From contig OZ037771.1 in NCBI GenBank assembly GCA_964035545.1, positions 11,164,480 to 11,228,479 of the forward strand: a stretch of DNA of 64,000 nucleotides. The letters run 5' to 3'. The position numbers and the translations under genes were made by a program. Below the pieces are notes generated by a model, which was given only the letters and a program-made list of their open reading frames with translations, ran no database searches and was not told the DNA's origin. Shown here in pieces: positions 27,401-46,200 of this stretch; within the stretch, counting starts at the first letter, position 1, and every line of letters starts with the position of its first letter. The DNA comes from Bugula neritina. Its lineage: Eukaryota > Animalia > Bryozoa.

Positions 27401-29830
27401 TGCAAAGGCAGATGTTAATAAGAATGGTAGTGTTTTTTATTTCCAAACCTCATCACGAGTGATAGATGGGCATTAGGACTGAGTGGTACTTGCCAGTACC
27501 AACTCAGCAGGTTCAATTTATTAAGGTGTTTGTTTTCTATTAGAGCATCCAGTGACTCATTCATCCGAGGGACGGGGTAATTACTTTGGATGGTAACACT
27601 GTTGAGCTTTCGGTATTCCACGCAGAACCTCCAACTACCATTTTTTTTCTTGGTGAAAACTACGGGTGAGCTACTGGTGGCTCACCTCCTGCTTTTATGA
27701 GCCCAGTCATCCACTAAAATAATCTTGTGGCAGACAACCTTAGTCAGCTCTATGTCATTCTTTCCACAGCTGAATATGTTATCAAATGTTAGGAGTAGTG
27801 GAGCCAGCTCCTGGTGTTCTGAACTATTCCAACAGCTTCTACAGGCACTCTGCACAGATCAGCTACGTGATCAGAAATAACCCTTTGTCTGCCACAAGAA
27901 AGGGTTCCCTCGGCTCCGGCTACTGTCTTCAGTGCCTGTCCCTCATCTTTTTTTGATGAGGTAGTACTTCTTTACCAACTCACCAGCTGGTAGCTAGACG
28001 GGCTTCGTAAACATGTGGATTGCATTGCACAATGAGTTTTCCCTGACAGCATAGCCAATTAATTAGGCTGTTTGCCAATTAGATCCTTCCACACATCCTC
28101 TCAACAACTCTCAGCTCCGAGATCCTCTTACAGTTGACCTTGCAGCATAACGTAGCTTGGGAACGCCCAGTTACCGTGCTGTCTTGCACTACCTGTATTC
28201 CACCAACTAGGAGCCGGCTAAACTGCCAACATAGACAAGTTTCTTTCCAGTCATAATGATTTCCAACTTCTGAAAATCTATATGACACTAGTGTTTCCCC
28301 AAAAATTGCATGTCTAAGATGTCATCTTTTTTCAGGTGGCTTTCAATGAAAGTCTCATGAATCAACTGATCACAGACTTGTCCAGGTAGTGTGATGATGA
28401 AGTAGAATGGATTGCATGATTCATTCTCCAACATGCCATGCGCAAGTCGAGGTCTGCCAGCTTCTGAGCATCATGGGTGTCAAAAAGCTGCATACTCAGC
28501 AGGTTTAAAGTGCAACCGGTGCTCGGTAGGAAAGTGGTAGCTTTATTCGCAATCATCCCATGCAGGAAATGTCTGTTTCCATAGTGCTCTTGGAGCAATG
28601 ACTCTCTGTGGGACAATTTTTTCTGAAATCACTGGAAGTTTTCTGAGATTGTAAGGGTAACCTGAGCAGCTCTTGTGAGTAAACTCAGTCTTCCTTTATA
28701 ACCTTGTTGGATAACCCGTCGAGCCACTTGCTGAATGGTGCGGCAGGAGGTTCAGATAGACCTTGGGTCTTCAGTATCTTCGAGGTGCCCGCCACCTCAG
28801 GTTGAGAGGCTCCATCTGTGTCTTTTTTGGTACCATTTAGACCTACTTTTGAATAGGGTTCTCTTCATGCCCCAGTTGGTGGAAGTTGCTGCAGGCATTG
28901 GCTGTTCAAAGACACCATCCTTCCATGTGGGCAGTCCTGCCTCACTTGTTCCTCAGAACCATATCTCCAGCAGGTAAAGGGTAGAGGCCTGACGGGGTCG
29001 TTTTTTTATCGAGGAGCCCGCCGGTCAACCTGATTCTGTTGTACTTTGTTTATGTCAGCCTGCAGGCCTTTCATCATGTCCAGTACCATATAGAACCTGG
29101 TGGGGGCCGGTAAGGCCGTAATAACGGCAGCTATAAGAGGCACTGTTGAGGTGAGTGAAGTCGCCCTCTGTTCATCTGCTTCCAAATGTTTTGCAATAAA
29201 ATTTGCCCTTTGCAGCCATTGACCTAGTAGTAGGCCCTAATTAGCACTAAGGTAGATTTTAAGTTACTCACCCCCGCTGCCAGGAGTTAGCGCAACAACC
29301 CTGAGTTATCCAGGGTCCTGAGAAACGCTTTATACGCTAGGGTTTGACGTTCTTCCAGGTCCATGCTGCTATTTACAATATGGGCCAATCATTCTACTTG
29401 ATTGCTATGGTCTTGTAGAGAAGTCTTAAGTTCCCTCTTCAGACCTTGTAGGTAGTTTCTCACATCTTGGGTGGCTATGCTGAATTATACACAGAGTGCC
29501 CAAAAAATGTGGCCCACTTCAAGGCTAGTTTCATAGCATTTGGCTCGGTCTGTCAGGTAGGACCGGAGTTCAAGAAGCATCAACGGTGCTGGCAAGCTCG
29601 CCCTATTTTATACTTTAAAAATTGAGAGCCCTGGAGTTCCAGCGCCTCAACTTCTAGAATGTTCTATACGTTCTCAATTTGAGTCGGTCACCCGAACTTC
29701 AGGCACATCATATTGAGCGCCAAAATTTCACGGCTCCCAAATCAGCCACTCCAAAGTCCGGAACTGAAATCAGATATACATAACCAAAATTTGAATGTCC
29801 ATAATATATTTACAAGGGAAGACAGTTCTA
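24500..29830 (-). mobile_element. Heavily decayed Ty3/gypsy LTR retrotransposon
   Basis: RT fragment at 27415-27680: SSPVVFTKKKNGSWRFCVEYRKLNSVTIQSNYPVPRMNESLDAL...LLSWYWQVPL. The interior is GC-elevated with many stops. A PBS-like TGGCGCTCA lies at 29722-29714. Diverged direct repeats: 24504-24538 vs 29589-29622 and 24663-24703 vs 29777-29817. Boundaries are approximate. Confidence 0.75.
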
Positions 29831-31402
29831 AACAGTAAATAATAAAACGTATATAATATTATTATAAAAAGTTAAAAAAAGTCAGAAAAAAGATATCATG
29901 TGTAAGGTATATAATTGTCAAGCATTATTATTGAATCACAGGCTATACCTGGGAGACAATAATTTACTGTAATACGTTACAAGGAAAATATGCGTACAGC
30001 CAGTAACCCCTCTATCAATTTCTATGCAACTTATACATATAGCCAACCAACCCAATGACTAGCTGATCAGTAAGCCTCAACAGCGGGTACTAGGTAAAAC
30101 ATGATATAAATACATATTATATTGTAATATAGACAGTTGTCAGGTTTATTGCTTAGCAGCTTATCACTTATAGCTTTTAGCTTTTATACAATTATGTTGT
30201 TGCATGGCTGTGAGCTTGCTTAATCATATTTTAATCATTACCTGTACTATACTACTTAATGAAGGTAGAGTGTTCTAAATAGATAATGTAGAGTGCAATT
30301 GCTTGTCTTTTGCAATTGTATTTATTAACATATAATCTTCAAAATTGTCTGTGGAAAATATTCACATAATAAAATACATAAGTTTTGTTTATACCTTCAT
30401 GATTTTTCATCACAAATTCAATTTAGGTGAGTTACCAAGTTCCGTTGCATTGTAACGGCCACTTGTCAAAATTTTTGGTTTGTAGTAATTTAATTGGCGA
30501 TTTCATAATAACAATCAACAGGCAAAAATGATAACTCTTTGCAGATGTCAGTATTTATGTTTATAATTATATTGGTTGTCTTTCTCAATTGTCACTTTTA
30601 TGGTGTTAACTCAATTAATTAATTAAGTTTTCAAAGGGCATCAAACATTTTTTCAAGCTATATTTTATTATTGCAAATTGAGCTTCGGGGTCAATATGAT
30701 TTTAGCCTAATGATTTTCAGCAAAACTATAAAAGGGTACTTGACTGAGTGAGATTGGAACTCAGAACTTTTTCACTAAAATTCTAAAAGCAATTCAAGAA
30801 GGTTGCAGGAGTAAACAACTGCTGTATATTTATCACTTTACAATGTCTTCATTAATACGCATATTTAAAATGCTAATTATTGGACAAAGGCGAGTTAAAT
30901 TTGAATATAACTTTACTAATAATGTTCATTTTACTTTGTGATAAATAATGTGGTCCTGGTTTGCATTTTGACAAGTTTTGTCGCATTTGAAATATGGAGA
31001 GGATAAATTCATTTTAAAATATAACTATAAAACATTCTCATGAGAGTACATATTGAAATAAATTTTGTTAGTGCTATATAATTTATGCTAGAAACCGTTT
31101 TTTTATTTGATTTAAAAAGTTACAACTTTTATAAAGATTCAACAATAAAAGGTTTGCTAAAATTTCAATTTGTAGAATAGTAATAGACATATTGGACTTT
31201 GAACTTTAGCGTACAGCTTATAGACAAATGTGACTAGTAGGCCTATGCTTTTAATTTAACATTGTTTATCTTTACAGTTATTTGCATTCTGTTTATTGTT
31301 TTTTTTAAAAATTTGCTAGATTAAAAACAAACTTAAACTATGTTTAACTAGCCAAGGTAATAAATAAATAGATTCTGCTCCTTTAGATATTTATGTTGAT
31401 TT

Positions 31403-31675
31403 TGTTGAATGTGTTGCCATCGTGTATAGTATTTATTATGAAATACGATATTGATTGCTGATTTAACTTATCGAGCAAACTGACTGACTGATTTAATTAT
31501 TTGGTAATAAAATATTTATTTGAATCAAAAACATGACGATGGTTTTTGTATAACAGAACGGAAGAGAAGGGGTAAACAAGTATACAGCGATTCTAGTAAA
31601 GCAATTAGTTAGTACATTGTCACGTGATTGTTATGAATGTGATTAGCGATAGGATCGCATGATTGTTTCTCAACA
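31403..31675 (-). repeat. 3' LTR of the Copia element
   Basis: 273-bp direct repeat of 34491-34763, next to the PPT. Confidence 0.96.
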
Positions 31676-31682
31676 CGCCCCT

Positions 31683-32296
31683 TCAAGCATGTGATTTGAT
31701 AGCTAGTAGCTCCAGGGCAATTCTGAGATTGGTTTTAGGCAAGCTCTTAGTCATGACATTGGCAGGGCTCTCAGCTCCTCTGATGTGTTGGTATACTATG
31801 GTGTTTTGCTCTCTGACAATGTGGAATCTAGTGTCAATGTGTTTGCTCCTCTGATGTAAGTATGGTTGTCCCTTAGTGAGGGCAATGGCTCCAAGGTTGT
31901 TGGTGAAAACTGTGTTAGGGTTATTCTGTTTCATCTTGAATGTTTTGCACAAGGTCTGAAAGGTCCTGTTTTGAGTATAGACAAGGGTCTCCGGCACCAG
32001 GTGTGAAGCCTTGTTCCTTGACGAAAGTGGTAAGTGTTTGGTGCCAATTGCGTCTGCTGTGTTTGAGGCCATATATATATAGATCTGTTGAGACGCCAAG
32101 AAAGCTTCCCTTGGTTGCTGGTTTCTTCGTACTCTTCAGGCTGTTGTAGATAGGTTTCCTTATTGATTGGCGTGTTTAGGTACGCCTCTTTAACATCTAG
32201 TTGATGTATCTTCTTGTTTTCATTTTGCTGCTTTCTGTAACAGCAATCTGATTGATGTGAATCTGGTGGTTGGACTGTACATTTCGTCATAGTCAA
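31683..32296 (-). pseudogene. Copia pol remnant (RT and RNase H fragments, frameshifted, YVDD region absent)
   Basis: ORFs 31931-32296 and 31683-32099 carry Copia RT and RNase H motifs in different frames. Confidence 0.88.
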
Positions 32297-32584
32297 CTCA
32301 TTGTATTTGTCAGTATCCTTTTGCTACATATCTAGTTTTATGTGGTTTTTCACCAGGGGTTTTTCCTTGTTTGAATTATGTAGGGTGTTTATTTTCTTGT
32401 CCTTAGCTCTTTTCTAGGCTTCTTTATCTCTTGAATTTACAGTTTCTTGGTGGACTGTGATATGTTTGCCATCAGTGGGCAAGCATAGTTAGTGTCTTTT
32501 ATGTCATAGTTCTGTAGGTAGGTAGAACACTTTCGTTTCCGTTATGATTTACGTGGTCCAGATTGATCAGTGGCCTTTGCCAGA

Positions 32585-32878
32585 TCTGGTGCAGGTCTTT
32601 GTGGCATGACGTTCATTGCGTCATTTCCGCATATTTGTGCAGGTTCTTGTGGCATGGTATTCTGAGTACCATTTCTGCTGTTTTGTGCGGGTCCTTGTGG
32701 CATGACATTCATTGCGTCATTTCCGCATTTGTGTGCAGGTTCTTGTGGTATGGTATTCTGAGTACCATTTCTGCTGTTTAGTGCGGGTCCTTGTGGTATG
32801 ACGTTCATTGCGTCATTTCCGCATGTTTGTGCAGGTTCTTGTGGCATGGTATTCTGGGTACCATTTCTGCTGTTTTGT
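32585..32878. repeat. 96-bp tandem repeat (two 48-bp subunits), about 3 copies, inside the Copia element
   Basis: Minus-strand translation repeats MPQEPAQTCGNDAMNVIPQGPALNSRNGTQNT. Confidence 0.9.
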
Positions 32879-33690
32879 GTGCCGGTGTGTGTTCCGGTGT
32901 GTGTTACGGTGCGTGTGCCGGTGTGTGTTTCAGTGTGTGTGTTTCAGTGTGTGCGTGTCAGTGTGTGTTCTGGCGTGTGCGCCGGTGTGTGTTCCGGTGC
33001 GTGTGCCGGTGTGTGTGCCGGTGTGTGTTTCAGTGTGTGCGTGTCAGTGTGTGTTCTGGCGTGTGCGCCGGTGTGTGTTCCGGTGCGTGTGCCAGTTTGT
33101 GTGCCGGTGTGTGTTCCGGTCTGTGTGCCGGTGTGTGTTCCGGTCTGTGTGCCGGTGTGTGTTCCGGTCTGTGTGCCGGTGTGTGTTCCGGTCTGTGTGC
33201 CGGTGTGTGTTCCGGTGTGTGTTCCGGTCTGTGTGCCGGTGTGTGTTCCGGTCTGTGTGCCGGTGTGTGTTCCGGTCTGTGTGCCGGTGTGTGTTCCGGT
33301 GTGTTCCGGTCTTTGTGCCGGTGTGTGTTCCGGTCTTTGTGCCAGTGTGTGTTCCGGTCTTTGTGCCGGTGTGTGTTCCGGTCTGTGTGCCGGTGTGTGT
33401 TCCGGTCTTTGTGCCGGTGTGTGTTCCGGTCTTTGTGCCGGTGTGTGTTCCGGTCTTTGTGCCGGTGTGTGTTCCGGTCTGTGTGCCGGTGTGTGTTCCG
33501 GTCTGTGTGCCGGTGTGTGTTCCGGTCTGTGTGCCGGTGTGTGTTCCGGTCTGTGTGTCAGTGTGTGTTCCGGTCTTTGTGCCGGTGTGTGTTCCGGTCT
33601 TTGTGCCGGTGTGTGTTCCGGTCTTTGTGCCGGTGTGTTCCGGTCTGTGTGTGCCGGTCTGTGTGTGTACCGGTATGTGTGTCGGTGTGT
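32879..33690. repeat. 24-bp minisatellite CTGTGTGCCGGTGTGTGTTCCGGT (dimer of 12-mers) inside the Copia element
   Basis: Directly visible tandem array. Confidence 0.95.
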
Positions 33691-34425
33691 AGTACTATAT
33701 AGTGAGTAGTACTATATAGTGAGTAGTACAATATAGTGAGTACTGAGTAGTGTTGTATTGTGAGTAGTACTACATAGTGAGTGATACTGTGCAGTGAGTA
33801 ATACTATGTAAAGTGAGTAGTGCTGCCCAGTGAGTAGTACTGTGTACAGTGACCGAGTGATATTGTACAGTGAGTAATAGTAATACTGTGTGCAGTGTGA
33901 GTGAGTGGTAGTGTACAGTGAGCGATACTGCATAGTCACTATGATAGTGAGTGATACTGTACAGTGAGTAATAGTAATACTGTGTACAGTGTGAGTGAGT
34001 GGTAGTGTACAGTGAGCGATACTGCATAGTCACTATGATAGTGAGTGATACTGTACAGTGAGTAATAGTAATACTGTGTACAGTGTGAGTGATATTGTAC
34101 AGTGAGTAGTAGTAATATTTATATTGTGTACCGTGTGAGTGACACTGTAGAGTGAGTGAGTACTGAGTAGTAATAGTACTGTGTACAGTGTGAGTGACAC
34201 TGTAGAGTGAGTGAGTACTGAGTAGTAATAGTACTGTGTACAGTGTGAGTGACACTGTAGAGTGAGTGAGTACTGAGTAGTAATAGTACTGTGTACAGTG
34301 TGAGTGACACTGTACAGTGAGTAGTAGTAGTATTGTGTACAGTGTGAGTGACACTGTACAGTGAGTAGTAGTAGTATTGTGTACAGTGTGAGTGACACTG
34401 TACAGTGTGAGTGATTAGTATTAGT
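33691..34425. repeat. AGT/ACT-rich compound minisatellite (55-bp, 44-bp and longer units) inside the Copia element
   Basis: GACACTGTA recurs at 34141, 34196, 34251 and 34306 (55-bp period), then at 34350 and 34394 (44-bp period). Confidence 0.92.
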
Positions 34426-34490
34426 AGCTACCTCGTGGAGCAAGTCGCAGGGTAGAAGTTGATGGCTACAAAGCATCTGGGCCCATAACC

Positions 34491-34763
34491 TGTTGAATGT
34501 GTTGCCATCGTGTATAGTATTTATTATGAAATACGATATTGATTGCTGATTTAACTTATCGAGCAAACTGACTGACTGATTTAATTATTTGGTAATAAAA
34601 TATTTATTTGAATCAAAAACATGACGATGGTTTTTGTATAACAGAACGGAAGAGAAGGGGTAAACAAGTATACAGCGATTCTAGTAAAGCAATTAGTTAG
34701 TACATTGTCACGTGATTGTTATGAATGTGATTAGCGATAGGATCGCATGATTGTTTCTCAACA
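34491..34763 (-). repeat. 5' LTR of the Copia element
   Basis: 273-bp direct repeat of 31403-31675, next to the PBS. Confidence 0.96.
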
Positions 34764-35455
34764 GATTTAGTCCTAATAAAATAGTATGAAGTGCTGCTAG
34801 TATATAAGTATTTCATTATTTGTTTTACTAAATTTATGGGTAAGTTATAGGATAATTACATGGTAAAAGTGCTTATTTATTATCGTTTATTTTAAATTAG
34901 CTAGTAGCTTTAAGTACAAATATATCGTTTAGTTGTGTTGCTTTTTAACGTAAAAGAAAATACATATATAAATAAAACAGAAAAACATTGTTGGCAAAGC
35001 TCTACAAAGCATTAGCATTGCAACTAGCAGAAATCTAAGAATAATTATAGTTCTTACTGTTTATTTGTGGTAGTACTGGAGTAGTACTTTTATATTTATA
35101 AATCTGAGATTTTGTATAGAGCATACAAACTATAATACTATACCTTCTGTTGCTTTTGCGAGTAAAAGTTATATTTAATTTCCACTTCCATTATAAATTC
35201 ATTTATGCAAAAATTTTGTTTATATCACATTTTTGTAAGCTGTAAGTTTTTTTATGTTTTATGCTATAACTTGTGAGTTTATGAAAATTCACGAATTGTA
35301 TTGTTTATTCATAAATCAATATGTAGTCGTAGGCAATAAAAAGCTGTTCAACAAATACTGAAAGAATGAAAATTTGAAGTACAAAGGAAAACCTATACTG
35401 TAGCTATAGGCTAACCTGATGTACAAACTATCTACAAGACCATAGAAGTACATCT

Positions 35456-41116
<5,661 letters not shown>

Positions 41117-41553
41117 GTTCAGCGGAGATACTTTAATGTTATTCTAGTTTTACAGAAAGCCGCAGTCTAAAAGGCAAACTTTTTTACTTAGATTTAAACA
41201 TTTCATCAAAACAATGCAAAAGTGGGAGGAGCTAATCTGCTTTCAATTTTTATCAACAAACTGATAGGTAAATCTGTTGAAACTCCACATAAATATGTTA
41301 GTTTGTTGTTGCAAGAAAGGAGCTAGTGATCATGCAATACCACTAATACAGTGCTCCTTTCATACCTCACTAAGCTGCGGGTAACAAAACCTCAACCCGT
41401 GGCGCAGCAGAATACCAGATCTGTAATATTCGGTCATTTTACACACATGCACAATTTATAAAACAGAGAGGAGGAGGGTCGAAGCTATCTCATGACCTAT
41501 AGAATTTTGTGAGAAATAGAACTGTGAGATATGGAGGAAGCATTGTATTATTA

Positions 41554-41592
<39 letters not shown>
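41554..41592. repeat. (GATT)n tetranucleotide microsatellite
   Basis: Directly visible. Confidence 0.95.
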
Positions 41593-41676
41593 AGATTATA
41601 TTGACATAATTATTTATGGACATTTTACAAGTTTTTGCCTGTCTTGCTTGGCCAGTTTATCTTACAAGAGCAACTG

Positions 41677-42075
<399 letters not shown>

Positions 42076-43140
42076 TGCAGGTGCATATATACAATGCATC
42101 ATCTTAGAGACATTATATGTTAGAACATTGCAATAACATGAAAATGTAAATCTAAAAATTCTATTTTAGAACATCAATAGTTTCAACAGTAAATTTTTCT
42201 ATAACAGCATATGCTTTTGCTTCATATTAAATTTCAATCTGTTAAGTTTTTATAGACTATTTCCAATTATTACTATGCAATGATTCGGTAATTAGCAACA
42301 TTTTTTTTAAATTATAAATTTCATAATTTAAAAAGTTGAAAATTGAGCTCACCATCATTTTCTTGGAGTTAGAGACATTACAGAGCAGTTGATGCTACAT
42401 ATGGCATAGGAGAAGTTAGTGTGTAGAGATTCTAATCTCACCATAACAATAGTTATATAATGTGGTATCGTTGATTCGTGATGTAAAACTATGGTGATAA
42501 AAATCTCCAACATTGTATTATTATACCATATAATCAATTTTAAGATTGTCGGGCCTGGTAACTTTTAACTATGTAAAACATAATGAATTACTATTATATT
42601 ATTTTATGTATATTCAAAGTCAAGTAGAAAGTTATTAAAATCAGATCATCTGATACTAGACAACACTTGTACCAAATTATACAAATGTACAATGCATATT
42701 TCAAATGTGTATTACGTAGACTCAAAGTTACTATAAAGTTTTCAAATAATGAATTAGTATTTTAAAAAGTAATTAGCTCTGTGAAATAAAAATAAAATTT
42801 TCAACTGGAGCTATAAATTGTTACTGAAAAAGTGCTGTGTTTTGTAATTAAATCATGCTTTTGAGCATAAACGCAAATTTTTGAATTAAATAGTTTTTCC
42901 GGTTTGTAATCCTCAGTAGGCCTTCTAATGTATTAGTTTGCACAACAACTGCAGAGGGTTGAAAATGTAAGTTTTGATTCTCTGGTGGGGGGCAAAAGTC
43001 TTTAAAATACCACATGTTTCAACTTTTTTCAAATTAAGATAATGCGTGCAATAATTCTATTAGTATAAATAAAAATCTCACCAAATTTTATAGCCACTAC
43101 CCCTGATATGAAGGGTTTTGTTAAATCAATTTAAGAACCT

Positions 43141-43272
43141 AATCGAATAAGGCATAGGTGCAATTGTGACTGGATGCTCTTCCTAATATTATCAATGGCT
43201 TTTGTCAGGGTTTCAACCCATGACCTCGTGTTTACTAGGCCAGCGCTCCAACTCCTAGACCATGGCTTCTTC
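43141..43272 (-). mobile_element. tRNA-derived SINE copy 2
   Basis: Shares GACTGGATGCT-TTCCTAA...ATGGCTTTTGTCAGGGTTT...CCTAGACCA with 4882-5015. Confidence 0.7.
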
Positions 43273-46200
43273 ATTCTATTAGTATAAATTATCACTAAAA
43301 ACCAGTAATGGTATTTGTTGATCAAGCAGTAACAAGCGAAAATGATCAATGACAGTCAGAAATGGTCAATAAATCAATGAAAGTCAATGAAGGTGAATAA
43401 AGATCATGATAGTACATAATTGTCAATATACCAGTGAAATGTGCACTTAATTTCAAGAAATGCAAAGCAAAATTTACTGATTAGCTCAAATATTCATTTA
43501 ATTGCTCTGCAGCCAATTGCTCTCTCTACTATAACTTGAAGTTGTTGATAATAGCTGCTTCTTGTAAATCTTAAAAACTTACTTTCCTGTCTCTGCATGT
43601 TTTTCTTGTACTTTTTATATCAGTGTGATGTGTCAAATTAGCAAATGAATAGCTGTCTTTATCAGCTGATCAAGTTTCACACAAATTGAATTCACACCCG
43701 GTGCAAAAATGATAGGCATAGAATGTATTTTATATCCTAATATTGTATCATTCAAGTAGAAGCAATTCTTTGTCCATTATGTAACTAAATCATTGTTGCT
43801 TCATCTTTACAATAGCATATGTTTGTTATGACAGTTGAACAATTTTGAGTATCTATATATTTCACCTAATTTAGAATATAGAATATTTTTGTTTTGTTGT
43901 ATGCATAAAGAAATAGTATTAGTCATTTTGTATTATATAAGAAAAAATATTGGAAGTTGTTGAGCTGCATAAAAATTTAAATTTAAAGCATATAAATATG
44001 TTAAGTTATTTAGTCAAATATTTTCACAAATCACAATTTGGCATTTTTCTACTATTCTTATCAGTTGACAACAATAATCTGCAAAATAATCTTTTAGGAA
44101 TCAGTCATAGTTTAGAATTACTAATATTCTGTTACTGATATTGGTAATAATACATTATAATATAATTTATCATAATATCTAACTAGCTCAAGCAGTTTTT
44201 GTTAAGTAGACCTACAATTATAATGCATATGCAATAAGAAGTTATTTCTATGATTTTCTAAATTGTTTTATCTGTACACATTATTAGCGTTCATATGAAA
44301 GAAAGCTATTGAGTATAAGTTTAATAAAATAACACTAACTCTTGGATTTACATGTTTGTATTTATTTACAACACCGTTTCATGCACATCAATTGAAATAA
44401 AAAATAGTAGTAGCATTAGCTTTATCAATACCAGGTTTTTGAAACTCACTGTTTTTTCAAACGCTAATGCAATTATAATTAAATTTGCAGATGCATTATT
44501 ACATGCTGTTAAAATAAAATTGATTATTTCATATAGTCAAAAGTAAGCTATTATATAACCAATTAAATTATTTATTATCATAATGCTTTATCCTACGGAT
44601 ATTGTAGACTAAAATACAATCGTGCATATATTATTTTGTGTTAAAAAGCAAATCTATTGTAAATTAAAATGGTCTTTCCACCTATACAAAGGAAACATAC
44701 AAGAAGAATTACTATAAAATTTATTTTTCATTGCAGCTTACTATTTACACTAAAAATTTAATTTCTATAGCAATTAATGAGCAGTTAGCTTCAAGCTTGT
44801 TGTGGAACAGATTTAGTGTTTGAAACATTTTAATAGGCAGTATTAGAGCTGAACTGTCATCATTAATATTTGTCAGAGGTAATGATTAATATACTTTAAT
44901 AGCTTATATAATATGATGCTGATTTGAAAAATTAATTTGTTTTGTAAAAGAGTTTTATTTTGAAAGATATATTTAAAAGCAATATGTTATAGCTACTGCT
45001 AGAACACTGCAAAATTAAAATAACATTGTAACAGATATATGAAATTTAATTAAATGTGTTGTTTCATGACAAAAACATAATGCTCTTTATTATTTGCTTA
45101 TTGCGTTTTTTTAGATTTTTTACATGGTAAAATATTTAGTAAGCAAAACAGATTGAAGTTCTGGTTGACCACTGTATATCTCCTTCAAAGTGTAAATGAG
45201 AAAGTTTGCAAAATTATATACGTAATACACAGCTTACTATTTATTGTCTCCCTGTAATTAACATGAGTAGATAACTACAATAGCATATACTAACAAAAAT
45301 TCAGGAGCTGATAACTGCTATTGTAATGAATATACATAATAATCTTACAATGATTATGTGGTTGTTTTGTGTACCAGAAGTAAAATTATTTTATAAATGA
45401 ATTATATGTTATGACTAAACTAGATCAGGTGACATCTAGAGGTAACTGCTTTATACTATTATTATCTATATAATTTGTTTACTGTATGAAGTGTTAACAA
45501 AGTTGTTACAGTAACTCACTGCTATGAATATATTAACAGAATATTTCAAGCTGCAGTGCCACATACACAAATGTGAAAAGCACATATAATTAGCAAAACA
45601 AATTCAAATTGAAACTAAACAACATTTAGATATGATTGACAATATACGTAAACTGTTGCTTTATATTGGTCTTAAATATATAATAAACTAATAGCTTTCT
45701 TCATTTTGATAGTGTAAACCATAAAGCTCTCATGTGTTATGGCTGTCTCTGTAGGTGTGCATAACATATGCTGTGATTTGTGTTTGTTGCGTGTTCATGT
45801 GCAGATGCGCTTATATAAATAGCTAGGATACAGCAGTAAAAGTGAGAAATAATTATTACTTGTTTCTAAATGTTTTACTGTAGATATGACATATAAGTTA
45901 TATATGATGTCTAGTCATGGAGAATATTTCTTATCTTCATAAACCAATGCATCTTAAACTTACAATTATTTTTACATTCCTAATGAGGTTGAGTGATTAA
46001 AAAGTTAAGAATATATACACTCCTCTTTCTCATCGATTATCTTTGTCTGATTTGATGTGCAAACATCGCTAATATGGATACAGGTATTCATATAATGCTA
46101 AAGGAAATTTCAATACTCCTTTTGTCAATAAAAAACTGTAAACAAAACTTTGATACCCTTTTGGAAAACATTGTAATAATTTTAATACAATATAAAATGT

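Larger units (their letters stand above)
31403..34763 (-). mobile_element. Non-autonomous Ty1/Copia LTR retrotransposon, 3361 bp, recent insertion
   Basis: Two 273-bp LTRs (TGTTG...CAACA), identical by eye. 5-bp TSD GATTT at 31398-31402 and 34764-34768. PBS GGTTATGGGCCCAG at 34490-34477; PPT TGAAGGGGCG at 31685-31676. Broken RT (HQLDVKEAYLN...YLQQPEEY...LNRSIY) and RNase H (NNLGAIAL...HQRSKHIDTRFHIVRE...ANVMTKSL). No gag, protease or integrase recognisable. Confidence 0.96.

Noticed and set aside
32791-33709. About 300-aa Cys-rich ORFs (CAGVCSGL, VPVC and CRCVFRS repeats) resembling metallothionein or keratin-associated proteins
   Set aside because: Open in all three frames because the 24-bp minisatellite has no stops. 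They lie antisense inside an LTR element.
32879-34425. Regularly spaced repeats considered as a CRISPR-like array
   Set aside because: The units are head-to-tail with no unique spacers, the context is eukaryotic and no cas genes are present.
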